Below the pieces are notes generated by a model, which did not search any database, was not told where the DNA came from, and saw only the letters and a list, made by a program, of their open reading frames with translations. 64,000 bases of DNA from the NCBI GenBank assembly GCA_965199825.1, contig OZ241329.1, positions 192,001 to 256,000 on the forward strand, given 5' to 3'. Origin of the DNA: Bdellovibrionales bacterium. Its GTDB lineage: Bacteria; Bdellovibrionota; Bdellovibrionia; Bdellovibrionales; UBA1609. Below, in pieces: positions 55,735 to 64,000 of this stretch (positions are counted from its first letter, which is position 1; every line of letters begins with the position of its first letter). The translations under genes were made by a program, and so were the position numbers.

Positions 55735-56271
55735 TTAATTCGAACCAGGCTTCTCGACTAAACTTTTAAGATTATTCAATCCCTTTTCAAACATGCCACC
55801 TACAAGCTTGTCCATGTTCATAAACAAACACATCAAGCGACTCATAAAATGATTTTCGCCGTGCACCTGCCACGTGACCACGGTTGAATCGCCTTTGGAT
55901 TCGAGAATGTATTCGGCATTTTGGGTCATGGTCATTGGCTTCGTGTAATCAAGCTTGATCCGAATATTTTTATTCGCAAGAGATTCAACAATGGTGGCGC
56001 TCCCCGTTCCGAGTTTTCCATCGCTCTCCCAAGAGGCTTTTGCGCCCACGCCTTCGTCAATTCCTGAGTAAACCATTTTTGCATGAGGGTCGACCTCGGG
56101 CCAAGGACTCCACTTTTCACTCATTGCCTGATTATTCAGATAAGGAAAGATTTTTTGGGCGGGGGCATGAATTTCGATTGAGCGTGAGATGAGATAATTT
56201 TTTGGCTTCAAAGCCGCACACAACAAAACGGTCAACACCAGTGCGGTTAAAACAAAAATTCCGTATTTCAT
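55735..56271 (-). CDS. SRPBCC (START-like/polyketide cyclase) family protein with N-terminal membrane anchor
   Basis: ISRSIEIHAP, WSPW, GVGAKASW and MDKLVGGMFEKGLNNLK. ATG at 56271 has SD AAGGA. Confidence 0.88.
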   Translation of the reverse strand: MKYGIFVLTALVLTVLLCAALKPKNYLISRSIEIHAPAQKIFPYLNNQAMSEKWSPWPEVDPHAKMVYSGIDEGVGAKASWESDGKLGTGSATIVESLANKNIRIKLDYTKPMTMTQNAEYILESKGDSTVVTWQVHGENHFMSRLMCLFMNMDKLVGGMFEKGLNNLKSLVEKPGSN

Positions 56272-56278
56272 ATTTTCC

Positions 56279-57955
56279 TTATCCGAAAGTAAATGCGTAA
56301 ACCTCAGCCTCAGAATCTTCAAACTCAATTTCTAAAAGATGATTTTTGTTGACCTCATCTTTTTTAATTTTGATCAATTGATACAGTCGGTGCCCATCGA
56401 TCGCGCCATGACCCTCTTGATCAATATCAAGACCATGATCTTCTCCTGGAGCTTTGCCGTCCAAACGAATTTTAAAACCAATTTTTTTATTGCCACCCAA
56501 AACCAAGTGGACCGCTTCGGCATTAAATTCTAGGGCAAGTGAGGCGTGAGGTTTTTGAACCACCGCTCGCTCATTCTCAACCAACCACTCGCCATCGAGA
56601 GTCCATTCGTTAGGATTTAAAGTTTTGGCTCGTTGATATTTTTTGGTTTCGTTTTCGTTGATCTCATCGGCGGGCACAAAGTTTTTGGCTCGTGACCAGC
56701 CGATATAAGTTTCGGGCGTGCGCTTTAACGCCTTGGCTTGATCTTCAATTCCGATCGCCTCGATCTTTGCCAAATCTTGCGAGACCGATCCCTCTTCACT
56801 CAGTAATTTTCGAATCAGCTGCTCGGACTCTTCATAAGCGCCTTCGCCAAAATGATGATGGCGAACTTGTCCTTTGCGATCTATAAAATAATGGGCCGGC
56901 CAAGCCTGATTTTTAAATTCGTTCCAAACCAAAAACTCATTATCAAGTGCAACCGGATAAGTGATCTTTAAATCGGTCACCGCTTTTTGCACATTGCCCA
57001 AATCTTTTTCGAAACCGAATTCGGGAGTGTGAATCCCAATAATCACCAATCCATCTTTTTTATAAGTCTCATACCAAGCTTTTAAATACGGCAAGGTTCG
57101 TAAACAATTAATACATGAGTAGGTCCAAAAATCGATGATGACCACTTTACCTTTGAGCGAATCAGGAGTGAGGGCATCAGAATTGATCCAGTTTTTTGCA
57201 GCCGCAATCGAAGGCATTGGACCTTCGCTCACCGCTTTGGTCTCAAGCCCCGCATATTGAATCAGCTTTTGCTCGATTGATCCGGTTTCAAATTTCGACA
57301 ACTGGGTCAGTAAAGTGCGATCAAGATTAAACGCAATAATCACCACACCAAACAAAACCAAAACACCCAAAGTTTTTTTGACGATGCGGTCGTAGCCCAA
57401 AGATTTTTTCATCACCTTAAATGCCCGATTGCCCGCGAGCAGTGCGACTGACAAAGATGTGGCCGAGCCCAAGGAGTACGCAACCAAAAGTCCAATCGAC
57501 TTTGATAAGCTGTGTTGCGAAGCCGCACCGGTGAGGACCAAACCTAAGATCGGCCCCGCACAGGGCGCCCATAAAAGACCAGTTCCAACCCCGATGAGGA
57601 TTGAGCCTTTCACACTTGTGGAGTCGGCCTTTTGATTGATGTTCGAGCCGAACTGAGTGAGTGGTGCAATAAATGATTCAAGCGTGTGTGGAAATAACAG
57701 CGACAGCCCTAAAAGAGTCATCATCACCAAAGCCAGAATGCGCCCGTAATCATTGGCCCGCCCGATCCAATCTGCGCCTGCAATTGCAACCACCGAAAAA
57801 ACCGAAAAGGTCAGCATCATTCCAAACAGCAAGGGTAAACCCGTTTTATAGAATGAGCCTTGCGACTTAGAAAATACAAAAGGCAAAACAGGCAAAATAC
57901 ACGGGCTTAAGATGGTGAGCACGCCTGCAAGATAAGTTATGATAAATAAAATCAT
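56279..57955 (-). CDS. dipZ: DipZ: CcdA/DsbD-beta membrane domain fused to a thioredoxin-like domain and a C-terminal domain
   Basis: LSPCILPVLP, WAPCAGPILG, DFWTYSCINC, NQAWPAHY, TPETY and YAFTFG. Confidence 0.92.
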   Translation of the reverse strand: MILFIITYLAGVLTILSPCILPVLPFVFSKSQGSFYKTGLPLLFGMMLTFSVFSVVAIAGADWIGRANDYGRILALVMMTLLGLSLLFPHTLESFIAPLTQFGSNINQKADSTSVKGSILIGVGTGLLWAPCAGPILGLVLTGAASQHSLSKSIGLLVAYSLGSATSLSVALLAGNRAFKVMKKSLGYDRIVKKTLGVLVLFGVVIIAFNLDRTLLTQLSKFETGSIEQKLIQYAGLETKAVSEGPMPSIAAAKNWINSDALTPDSLKGKVVIIDFWTYSCINCLRTLPYLKAWYETYKKDGLVIIGIHTPEFGFEKDLGNVQKAVTDLKITYPVALDNEFLVWNEFKNQAWPAHYFIDRKGQVRHHHFGEGAYEESEQLIRKLLSEEGSVSQDLAKIEAIGIEDQAKALKRTPETYIGWSRAKNFVPADEINENETKKYQRAKTLNPNEWTLDGEWLVENERAVVQKPHASLALEFNAEAVHLVLGGNKKIGFKIRLDGKAPGEDHGLDIDQEGHGAIDGHRLYQLIKIKKDEVNKNHLLEIEFEDSEAEVYAFTFG

Positions 57956-58443
57956 TATTTTTTATCAAAGAGTTTTTCAAACTCCTTGTATCCTTCTTTT
58001 TTTAAATCTTTTTTTGCCACAAATTTAAGTGCTGCAGAATTGATGCAGTAACGAAGGCCCGTAAGTTTTGGCCCATCCTTAAACACATGGCCTAAGTGAG
58101 AGGTTTGGCTGCGCACTTCGGTTCGCTCTGAGACCATACCGTGATCGGTTTTTTCGATGATGCTCGTCTTATTTATAGGTTTAGTAAAACTTGGCCAGCC
58201 TGTGTGTGAATCAAACTTGTCGGTCGAGCTAAATAAAGGCTCACCCGTCACGATGTCGACATAGATCCCAGGCTCTTCGTTATGGAAGTATTCGTTTTGG
58301 AACGGCCTCTCGGTGCCCTCTTTTTGGGTGACTTCGTATTGGATCGGGGTCATCTTTTTTTTAAGCTCTTCTTGGCTATAAGTCTTTTTTGGATTTTGCC
58401 AAGCAAGCGCAAACAACATGGAGGTCAAATAAATATGAAGCAT
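57955..58443 (-). CDS. msrB: Peptide methionine-R-sulfoxide reductase, exported
   Basis: GTERPF, GWPSF, HLGHVF and RYCINSAAL. Start uncertain (58443 or 58419). Confidence 0.93.
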   Translation of the reverse strand: MLHIYLTSMLFALAWQNPKKTYSQEELKKKMTPIQYEVTQKEGTERPFQNEYFHNEEPGIYVDIVTGEPLFSSTDKFDSHTGWPSFTKPINKTSIIEKTDHGMVSERTEVRSQTSHLGHVFKDGPKLTGLRYCINSAALKFVAKKDLKKEGYKEFEKLFDKK

Positions 58444-59070
58444 TTGTCTATTGTGCGCGAGAGAATTTTGATTGTGCAAGTCTTGCTTCTTTTTTTTATA
58501 CCTACCTTCGTTCAAGCTTTAGAGACCGCAACCTTTGCAGCCGGTTGTTTTTGGGGAAGCGAGGAGTTTTTTAAAAAAATTCCTGGTGTGGTTTCAACCC
58601 AAGTGGGCTACGCGGGGGGTAAGACCTCTCAGCCAAAATATTCTGAGGTTTCAAGCGGCACAACAGGCCATGCCGAATCGGTACAGGTCCAGTTTGATCC
58701 GAAAAAAGTAAGTTACGAGCAACTGCTCAACTCGTTTTTTAAAATGCATGACCCCACCACAAAAGATCAGCAAGGCAATGACCGCGGGAGCCAGTACCGC
58801 TCGGCCATCTTTTACCAAAACGACTCCCAGAAAAAAACCGCCGAAGAATTTATGAAGAGAGTCGACAAGTCTAAGGCTTGGAAAAAACCGGTGGTCACCG
58901 AAATCTCAAAAGCTGCTCAATTTTGGCCCGCCGAAGACTACCATCAAAATTATTTAACCAAAAATAAAGGGGGCTATGACAACCATTACTTAAGAGATAT
59001 TTCCTTTGGGATAACTCCGGCTGCGCCAGAGGATGGGAAGCCCAAGAGCAGTTTGAAACAGAGCCACTAG
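58435..59070 (+). CDS. msrA: Peptide methionine-S-sulfoxide reductase, exported
   Basis: [24 protein letters not shown] and AEDYHQ. Signal-like N-terminus; start uncertain (58435 or 58474). Confidence 0.93.
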   Translation: MKHLSIVRERILIVQVLLLFFIPTFVQALETATFAAGCFWGSEEFFKKIPGVVSTQVGYAGGKTSQPKYSEVSSGTTGHAESVQVQFDPKKVSYEQLLNSFFKMHDPTTKDQQGNDRGSQYRSAIFYQNDSQKKTAEEFMKRVDKSKAWKKPVVTEISKAAQFWPAEDYHQNYLTKNKGGYDNHYLRDISFGITPAAPEDGKPKSSLKQSH

Positions 59071-60012
59071 ACTTAAAACCGCAAAGAAAACCATATTGAG
59101 CGGCGCAAATACAATTCCGAGTGGTGAAAAGTTACCGTGCTGCTTTTGTATGACAAATAAAGCGATCATCGCATAAACAAGAAATCCGTCTGGATTTAAA
59201 AACAAACGCACAATCAAAAAAACTTCGCAAAAAATAATTAGACTTGAGTACGGAAGTCCAAGTCTAAAAAGTCGAATCCAGCCATTCACAAATTCTTTAA
59301 GATTTAAAAACATCTGCACCTGGTAGAGTGTTGCAAAGGGGTAAAGGGCTATTTTTTTATTATTTTTTATAAATAAACGCCCAAGCTCAATATCATCCAC
59401 CAAATTGTGGGCAATCGCTTTGTGTCCTCCGACTTCGAGATAACTTGAGCGCTTCACCAAAATATACTGGCCAATCACAAACAATCGATCAAAGGTTGGC
59501 CGTTTTAAATAGGCGGTGGTGAGCAAAAGCATCAGATGAAAAAGCCCGCTCAGCTTTTCAAAACCGACCTCACAGCGATGATAGGGAGGCGCCGAAACCA
59601 AGTCGGCCTTTTGCTGATTCAAAAAACTAAGTGCCGTATTTAAAGAATGGGGCAAGTGCAAGGTGTCGGCATCGGTAAATAATAAAAATGGTGAATCCGA
59701 ATTTAAAAAACCTTGGTGACAGGCCCAATTTTTACCGGCCCACCCTTCTGGTTTTGGCCCAGCATCAACCACCTTTACAAAAGAAAATTGGGCGGCAACT
59801 TCTCGGGTGCGGTCGATTGAACTGTCATCAACCACAATAATTTCTTGATTAAAATTTTTTAAAGTTGGCAGCAAGCGCGCAATATTATTTTCTTCATTTC
59901 GACAGGGAATAATAATGCTGACCTTGGCATCAACAACCGCAAGTCCTTTTTCTTTTCGCCATGGCTTAAATCGCCACAAAAACAATGCTAGACCTACAAC
60001 AGATAACTTCAC
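58990..60012 (-). CDS. GT2 glycosyltransferase, probably carotenoid-modifying (CrtQ/CruC-like)
   Basis: SIIIPCRNEE, VVDDSS, GWAGKNWAC, FTDAD and DDIEL. GTGA-coupled to crtB. Confidence 0.85.
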   Translation of the reverse strand: MKLSVVGLALFLWRFKPWRKEKGLAVVDAKVSIIIPCRNEENNIARLLPTLKNFNQEIIVVDDSSIDRTREVAAQFSFVKVVDAGPKPEGWAGKNWACHQGFLNSDSPFLLFTDADTLHLPHSLNTALSFLNQQKADLVSAPPYHRCEVGFEKLSGLFHLMLLLTTAYLKRPTFDRLFVIGQYILVKRSSYLEVGGHKAIAHNLVDDIELGRLFIKNNKKIALYPFATLYQVQMFLNLKEFVNGWIRLFRLGLPYSSLIIFCEVFLIVRLFLNPDGFLVYAMIALFVIQKQHGNFSPLGIVFAPLNMVFFAVLSLVALFQTALGLPILWRSRSYPKGNIS

Positions 60013-60812
60013 GAGTAGGCTTTCCGAATTCCTTTAAGCGCTAATCGCAGCTTGGGTAAAAATGGAATGGTCATGCGCATATCAAGAGCGGATGGCCCTT
60101 GGCGCAAAATTTTACGGCCAATCTCGGCGTAAATTTCGCTTGCGATACTCACCGCGACCGCGGCTCGAAAAGGCAAAAAGTGATATCCCCTTTGACCTTC
60201 GCGGTACAATTCCTCAGCCCGGTAAAGAAGTTTTTGGACCACAGGAAAAACCTTTTCGTTTTCAAGCGGTATGCGCTCTTCGCTCACACCCGCATCGCGA
60301 AGCCATTGGAGTGGCAAGTACACACGTCCTCGGGCATGATCCTCTGTCACATCACGAGCGATGTTTGTGAGCTGCATTGCAATACCTAAACTTTTTGCCG
60401 GCGCCATCGCTCGTTGATCTTTCACATTCATAATATGAGACATCATAAGGCCCACAGTTCCCGCGACCCGATAGGCATAAACTTCAAGATCTTCGAGCGA
60501 AAAAAATCTTTCGAATTTGGCATCTTGATCAAAACCAGAAATCATATCGAGCGCCAAAGTTTTTGGAATCTGATATTTGTGACAAAGCTGATCGAAGTCA
60601 TTAAAGATCGGTGTCGATCCTTTAAGTGTTTGATCCAAAATATCGGCCACGGCCTGAGCGGGATTCGCGGTGTGGTCAACCAAATCATCACAGTGCCTGC
60701 ACCATCGGTAAAGAATCCAACAGGCTTTTCGCATTCGCTTTGGAAAAAACAGGCTCGCAAGAAAAAAACTTTTCGATCCTTTAAATATGATCGAAATTAG
60801 AGAGTGCTTCAA
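60009..60812 (-). CDS. crtB: Phytoene synthase
   Basis: GSKSF, YRWCRHCDDLVD, YAYRVAGTVG and QLTNIARDVTED...GRVYLP. Confidence 0.93.
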   Translation of the reverse strand: MKHSLISIIFKGSKSFFLASLFFPKRMRKACWILYRWCRHCDDLVDHTANPAQAVADILDQTLKGSTPIFNDFDQLCHKYQIPKTLALDMISGFDQDAKFERFFSLEDLEVYAYRVAGTVGLMMSHIMNVKDQRAMAPAKSLGIAMQLTNIARDVTEDHARGRVYLPLQWLRDAGVSEERIPLENEKVFPVVQKLLYRAEELYREGQRGYHFLPFRAAVAVSIASEIYAEIGRKILRQGPSALDMRMTIPFLPKLRLALKGIRKAYS

Positions 60813-62290
60813 CTCAAGTCCTGTTGAACTAGCGCAGCGGTGGCTTTGGCCGATGAGATCACCCCCGGCACACCCGCACCGGGATGAGTTCCTGCACCCA
60901 CGAAATAAAGACCTTTTAAATGATCATCACGGTTGTGAGTTCTAAAAAAAGCACTCTGAGTTAAAATCGGCTCTAACGAAAAGGCCGAGCCCACATGGGC
61001 ATTCAATTCTGTCTTAAAATCCATAGGTGTAAATATTTTTTGAAACACGATCGACTCTTTTAATCCCGGCATATACTTTTGCTCTAAATAATTTAAAATC
61101 TTTTCGGCGTAGCGTGGTCCTTCAACTGCCCAATCCATTTCCATCAAACCCAGATGAGCCACCGGCGATAAAACATAAAATCCTTGATGCCCTTTAGGCG
61201 CAAGGCTCGGATCCGATTTGGTTGGCATATGGAGATATAAACTAAAGTCGTCGGGCAATACTCCATTCTTAAAAATATCTTTGAGCAATTCTTTATAACG
61301 TGGACCAAAAATAATATTGTGATGCTCAAGATTTGGAAAATCTTTGTTTGTTCCAAAATAAATCAAAAACAACGACATGCTTTGCCTCATATGATTGAGA
61401 CGATTGCCAGTGGAGGCCACCATTTTTTCATCTTTTAAAAGATGCTGATAGGTGTGCACCACATCGCCATTGCTGATGATGGTATCAAATTTTAAAACCT
61501 CACCCGACTTGACTTGCAGACCACCCACCTGACCCTCAACCGTAACAATCTTTTGGATTTCGCTATTGAGGTGAAGCACTCCTCCTAAATCTTTAAACAA
61601 ATTGACCAAGGCCCACACCAAGGCGCCCGTCCCACCGCGCGGAAAGTGCACTCCGCCTTTGCGTTCTAGATAATGAATCAATGTATAAATCGATGAGGTG
61701 TTAAATGGATTTCCACCAACAAGTAGACTATGAAAACTAAATGCCTCACGCAGTTTTTCATTCTTAATAAAATGGGCAACAGTTTGATACACACTGCGAT
61801 CGGCCCGGAGCTTCATCAACTGTGGCGCAGTTTGAATCATGCTCCACCAATTTAAAAAAGGTTTATGGGCAAGCTTGGTAAACCCCTCGTCGTAAACTTC
61901 TTTAGAGTAATCAAGAAATTTTATGTAACCCTCTTCATCACTGGGAGACATCTTGCGGATTTGCTTCAAGGTGGTTTCGAGACTGCCACTATAATTAAAA
62001 ACAGTACCGTCATCCCACATCAATTTATAAAAGGGATCGATTGGCATCATCTCGACATAGTCGCTCATCTTTCGACCACTGAGTTCAAAAAGCTCACTCA
62101 AAGTTTCAGGTGCGGTGATCACGGTGGGGCCGGCATCAAAGGTAAAACCTTTTTCGCGATACACATAAGCCCTGCCGCCGGGCTGATCGCGTTTTTCAAA
62201 AACGGTAACCTGATAGCCCGCACTTTGTAGACGGATCGCTGCTGCCAATCCACCAAAACCCGAACCAATTACCGCAATTTTTTTAGTCAT
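60809..62290 (-). CDS. crtI: Phytoene desaturase
   Basis: GSGFGG FAD motif, FDAGPTVI, FSFHSLLVGGNP and GAGTHPGAGVPGV. Confidence 0.96.
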   Translation of the reverse strand: MTKKIAVIGSGFGGLAAAIRLQSAGYQVTVFEKRDQPGGRAYVYREKGFTFDAGPTVITAPETLSELFELSGRKMSDYVEMMPIDPFYKLMWDDGTVFNYSGSLETTLKQIRKMSPSDEEGYIKFLDYSKEVYDEGFTKLAHKPFLNWWSMIQTAPQLMKLRADRSVYQTVAHFIKNEKLREAFSFHSLLVGGNPFNTSSIYTLIHYLERKGGVHFPRGGTGALVWALVNLFKDLGGVLHLNSEIQKIVTVEGQVGGLQVKSGEVLKFDTIISNGDVVHTYQHLLKDEKMVASTGNRLNHMRQSMSLFLIYFGTNKDFPNLEHHNIIFGPRYKELLKDIFKNGVLPDDFSLYLHMPTKSDPSLAPKGHQGFYVLSPVAHLGLMEMDWAVEGPRYAEKILNYLEQKYMPGLKESIVFQKIFTPMDFKTELNAHVGSAFSLEPILTQSAFFRTHNRDDHLKGLYFVGAGTHPGAGVPGVISSAKATAALVQQDLS

Positions 62291-63293
62291 AGTTACTCAT
62301 CAATATTTGTTTAAATTTTTTAAGCTGCTCAAATTCTTCAGTATTCAAAGTCAATTCATGTTTGAGATCTAAGATCGCTTGATCCAAAAAAATCTCGGCA
62401 CTTTGACGTGCTTGTTTTAAAACTCCGGTCTGATCCAAATAATCTTTGACCTCTAAAAACGTCAGAGGCAGCTCGGCACACAATTTTTTAAATTGCGAAA
62501 ACTGCTCGGACGTCATCAGTCGTGCCGCTTGCGCGATAATATATCCCAGCCGTTTGAGTTTGAGATCTTCGGCCTTTTTGGCCGGATTGTGGAGCGAGGT
62601 CACGTTCCCGATATCATCAAACATTTGAAGGGCCATTCCCAAGCGCGAGCCCAAATCCTCGATGCAATCGGCGACTTTGGCGTTAGCTCCCGCAACGATC
62701 GCTCCAGCTTTTAAAGCAAACCCCGCAAGTACACCCGACTTGAGTTCAATGGTTGCAAGCGAGGCTTCATAAATTCGCTCTTGTTCTAATTCACTACTCA
62801 TCACACCCACATCAAGAGCTTGACCAAAATGCGCCCTCAACAAAGTGCGATGACACTCGTGCATCAGGAGTGAGCGGCTTTGATCCGAAATTTTTAAATT
62901 ATTAATTTTTTGAAAGGGCAAAAAATAAAGCCAGTTGGCCGCATTCAAAGCAATCGGCACACCAAAAAGAGTATGGACTGTGGGTCCCCCCCTGCGATTG
63001 GTGCTGCCATCTTCAATATCATCGACAATCAATGATCCCGCATGAAGGAGCTCAATAATTTCGCTCACGCTATAAATTAAATCTTCAGAAATCGATTGCT
63101 CAGACCGGGCCGCTCCCACCTGAAAGCCTAAGAACACAAGATCAGATCTTAAACTTTTTGCGGGTCGTGAGGTGATAGTTTCGATGGGTGAAAATAAAGA
63201 GCGATCAAATAGATCCTCGAGCTCAGCCTGATGTCTGAGTCCCAAAAGATCTTTAAGTTCTTGCCCCTTAGGAAAAAAGTTTTGAAGCCTCAT
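62283..63293 (-). CDS. crtE: Polyprenyl (geranylgeranyl) diphosphate synthase
   Basis: ELLHAGSLIVDDIEDGS..RRG, GQALD and LQMFDD; first gene of the crt operon. Confidence 0.85.
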   Translation of the reverse strand: MRLQNFFPKGQELKDLLGLRHQAELEDLFDRSLFSPIETITSRPAKSLRSDLVFLGFQVGAARSEQSISEDLIYSVSEIIELLHAGSLIVDDIEDGSTNRRGGPTVHTLFGVPIALNAANWLYFLPFQKINNLKISDQSRSLLMHECHRTLLRAHFGQALDVGVMSSELEQERIYEASLATIELKSGVLAGFALKAGAIVAGANAKVADCIEDLGSRLGMALQMFDDIGNVTSLHNPAKKAEDLKLKRLGYIIAQAARLMTSEQFSQFKKLCAELPLTFLEVKDYLDQTGVLKQARQSAEIFLDQAILDLKHELTLNTEEFEQLKKFKQILMSNYD

Positions 63294-63375
63294 GAGTGCT
63301 TCAAACTCATCTTTAACGAATCGGGATCGGTCATACTTGCTTGTCTAACGGACCTTGAACACAGTCAAGAAATGC

Positions 63376-63990
63376 TCAACTGTCCGAGATATTAAAAAAC
63401 GAATTGTTGAGCAGCCTTAGGCAATTTGAAACACGCAAGGGCTCGCCGTGCTTTAAAACAGTATTAGACACCTTTGGCAGCTGTGCTCTTAAAGCTTGAA
63501 AGTCGCGATTGATCCAGTAATCGCGATCTTGGGCATAGCCCCACCATTTGATGCCATTAAAAAAATCATTCGTCTCTGTAACAGAAAAAATGGCGTTACG
63601 CGGATCCGTATGACTTTTGTAAAGCCGAATTGCCGACCACATCTCTTTTGTTTTGTTTAAATCAAAGTCCTGAAATTCGGTTAAGGTTATCAAGCGTTCA
63701 ATATGCCGCCACATCCGATCAAAATAAATCAGAGCCACAAAATGACTATGATACTCAAACCGACTTGTGATGTTGCCTTCTTTTTTTACCGAATTCAAAA
63801 TCGACATGGGCTCAAACCCGTGAGAGAAAAATTTTGATTTATGACCCAAGCTCGCAAATTTTTTAAGCTCAAATGAATCAATCAATGCGTAATACTTGTC
63901 ATCTTTATCAACCAAAAACCACGCGGGCGCAAAACCGGGCTGAGTTTTAGCCTGATCTGTAAATTGATTATTTTTATAAACAATTCTCAT
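63376..63990 (-). CDS. Hypothetical protein (start may lie beyond the window edge)
   Basis: 204-aa ORF with no recognised motif. Confidence 0.55.
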   Translation of the reverse strand: MRIVYKNNQFTDQAKTQPGFAPAWFLVDKDDKYYALIDSFELKKFASLGHKSKFFSHGFEPMSILNSVKKEGNITSRFEYHSHFVALIYFDRMWRHIERLITLTEFQDFDLNKTKEMWSAIRLYKSHTDPRNAIFSVTETNDFFNGIKWWGYAQDRDYWINRDFQALRAQLPKVSNTVLKHGEPLRVSNCLRLLNNSFFNISDS

Positions 63991-64000
63991 TTCTTGCAGA

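Overview
This ~45% GC window looks like a predatory Bdellovibrionota-type chromosome; that is inferred from the fibre family, an 'FQNC' lipoprotein and a Bdellovibrio-style RAYT. About 42 kb (6.6-48.9 kb, minus strand) holds a tandem array of five giant signal-peptide-bearing, phage-tail-fibre-like proteins resembling the mosaic adhesive trimer (MAT) family, plus the deleted remnant of a sixth. Two fibres end in an S74 autochaperone and have no intact partner gene. Three end in a distinct 'YVSWxxG' domain, and each of these is tightly coupled to a different secreted partner gene (LamG lectin, NHL propeller, small beta-sandwich), suggesting a two-gene fibre plus swappable tip-adhesin system. 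All five fibre genes have a sigma28-like TGTCGATA box 7-8 nt before an SD-less GTG start, pointing to leaderless mRNA. To the left lie a truncated CheB-CheR fusion, secreted hypotheticals, an FBP_C zinc finger and DUF3095. To the right lie a GH26 lipoprotein with a divergent beta-propeller lipoprotein, a RAYT-like HUH transposase beside a nested 18/19-bp tandem-repeat structure, an SRPBCC-dipZ-msrB/msrA redox module and a crtE-crtI-crtB-GT2 carotenoid operon. All calls come from reading motifs by eye; no database searches were run.
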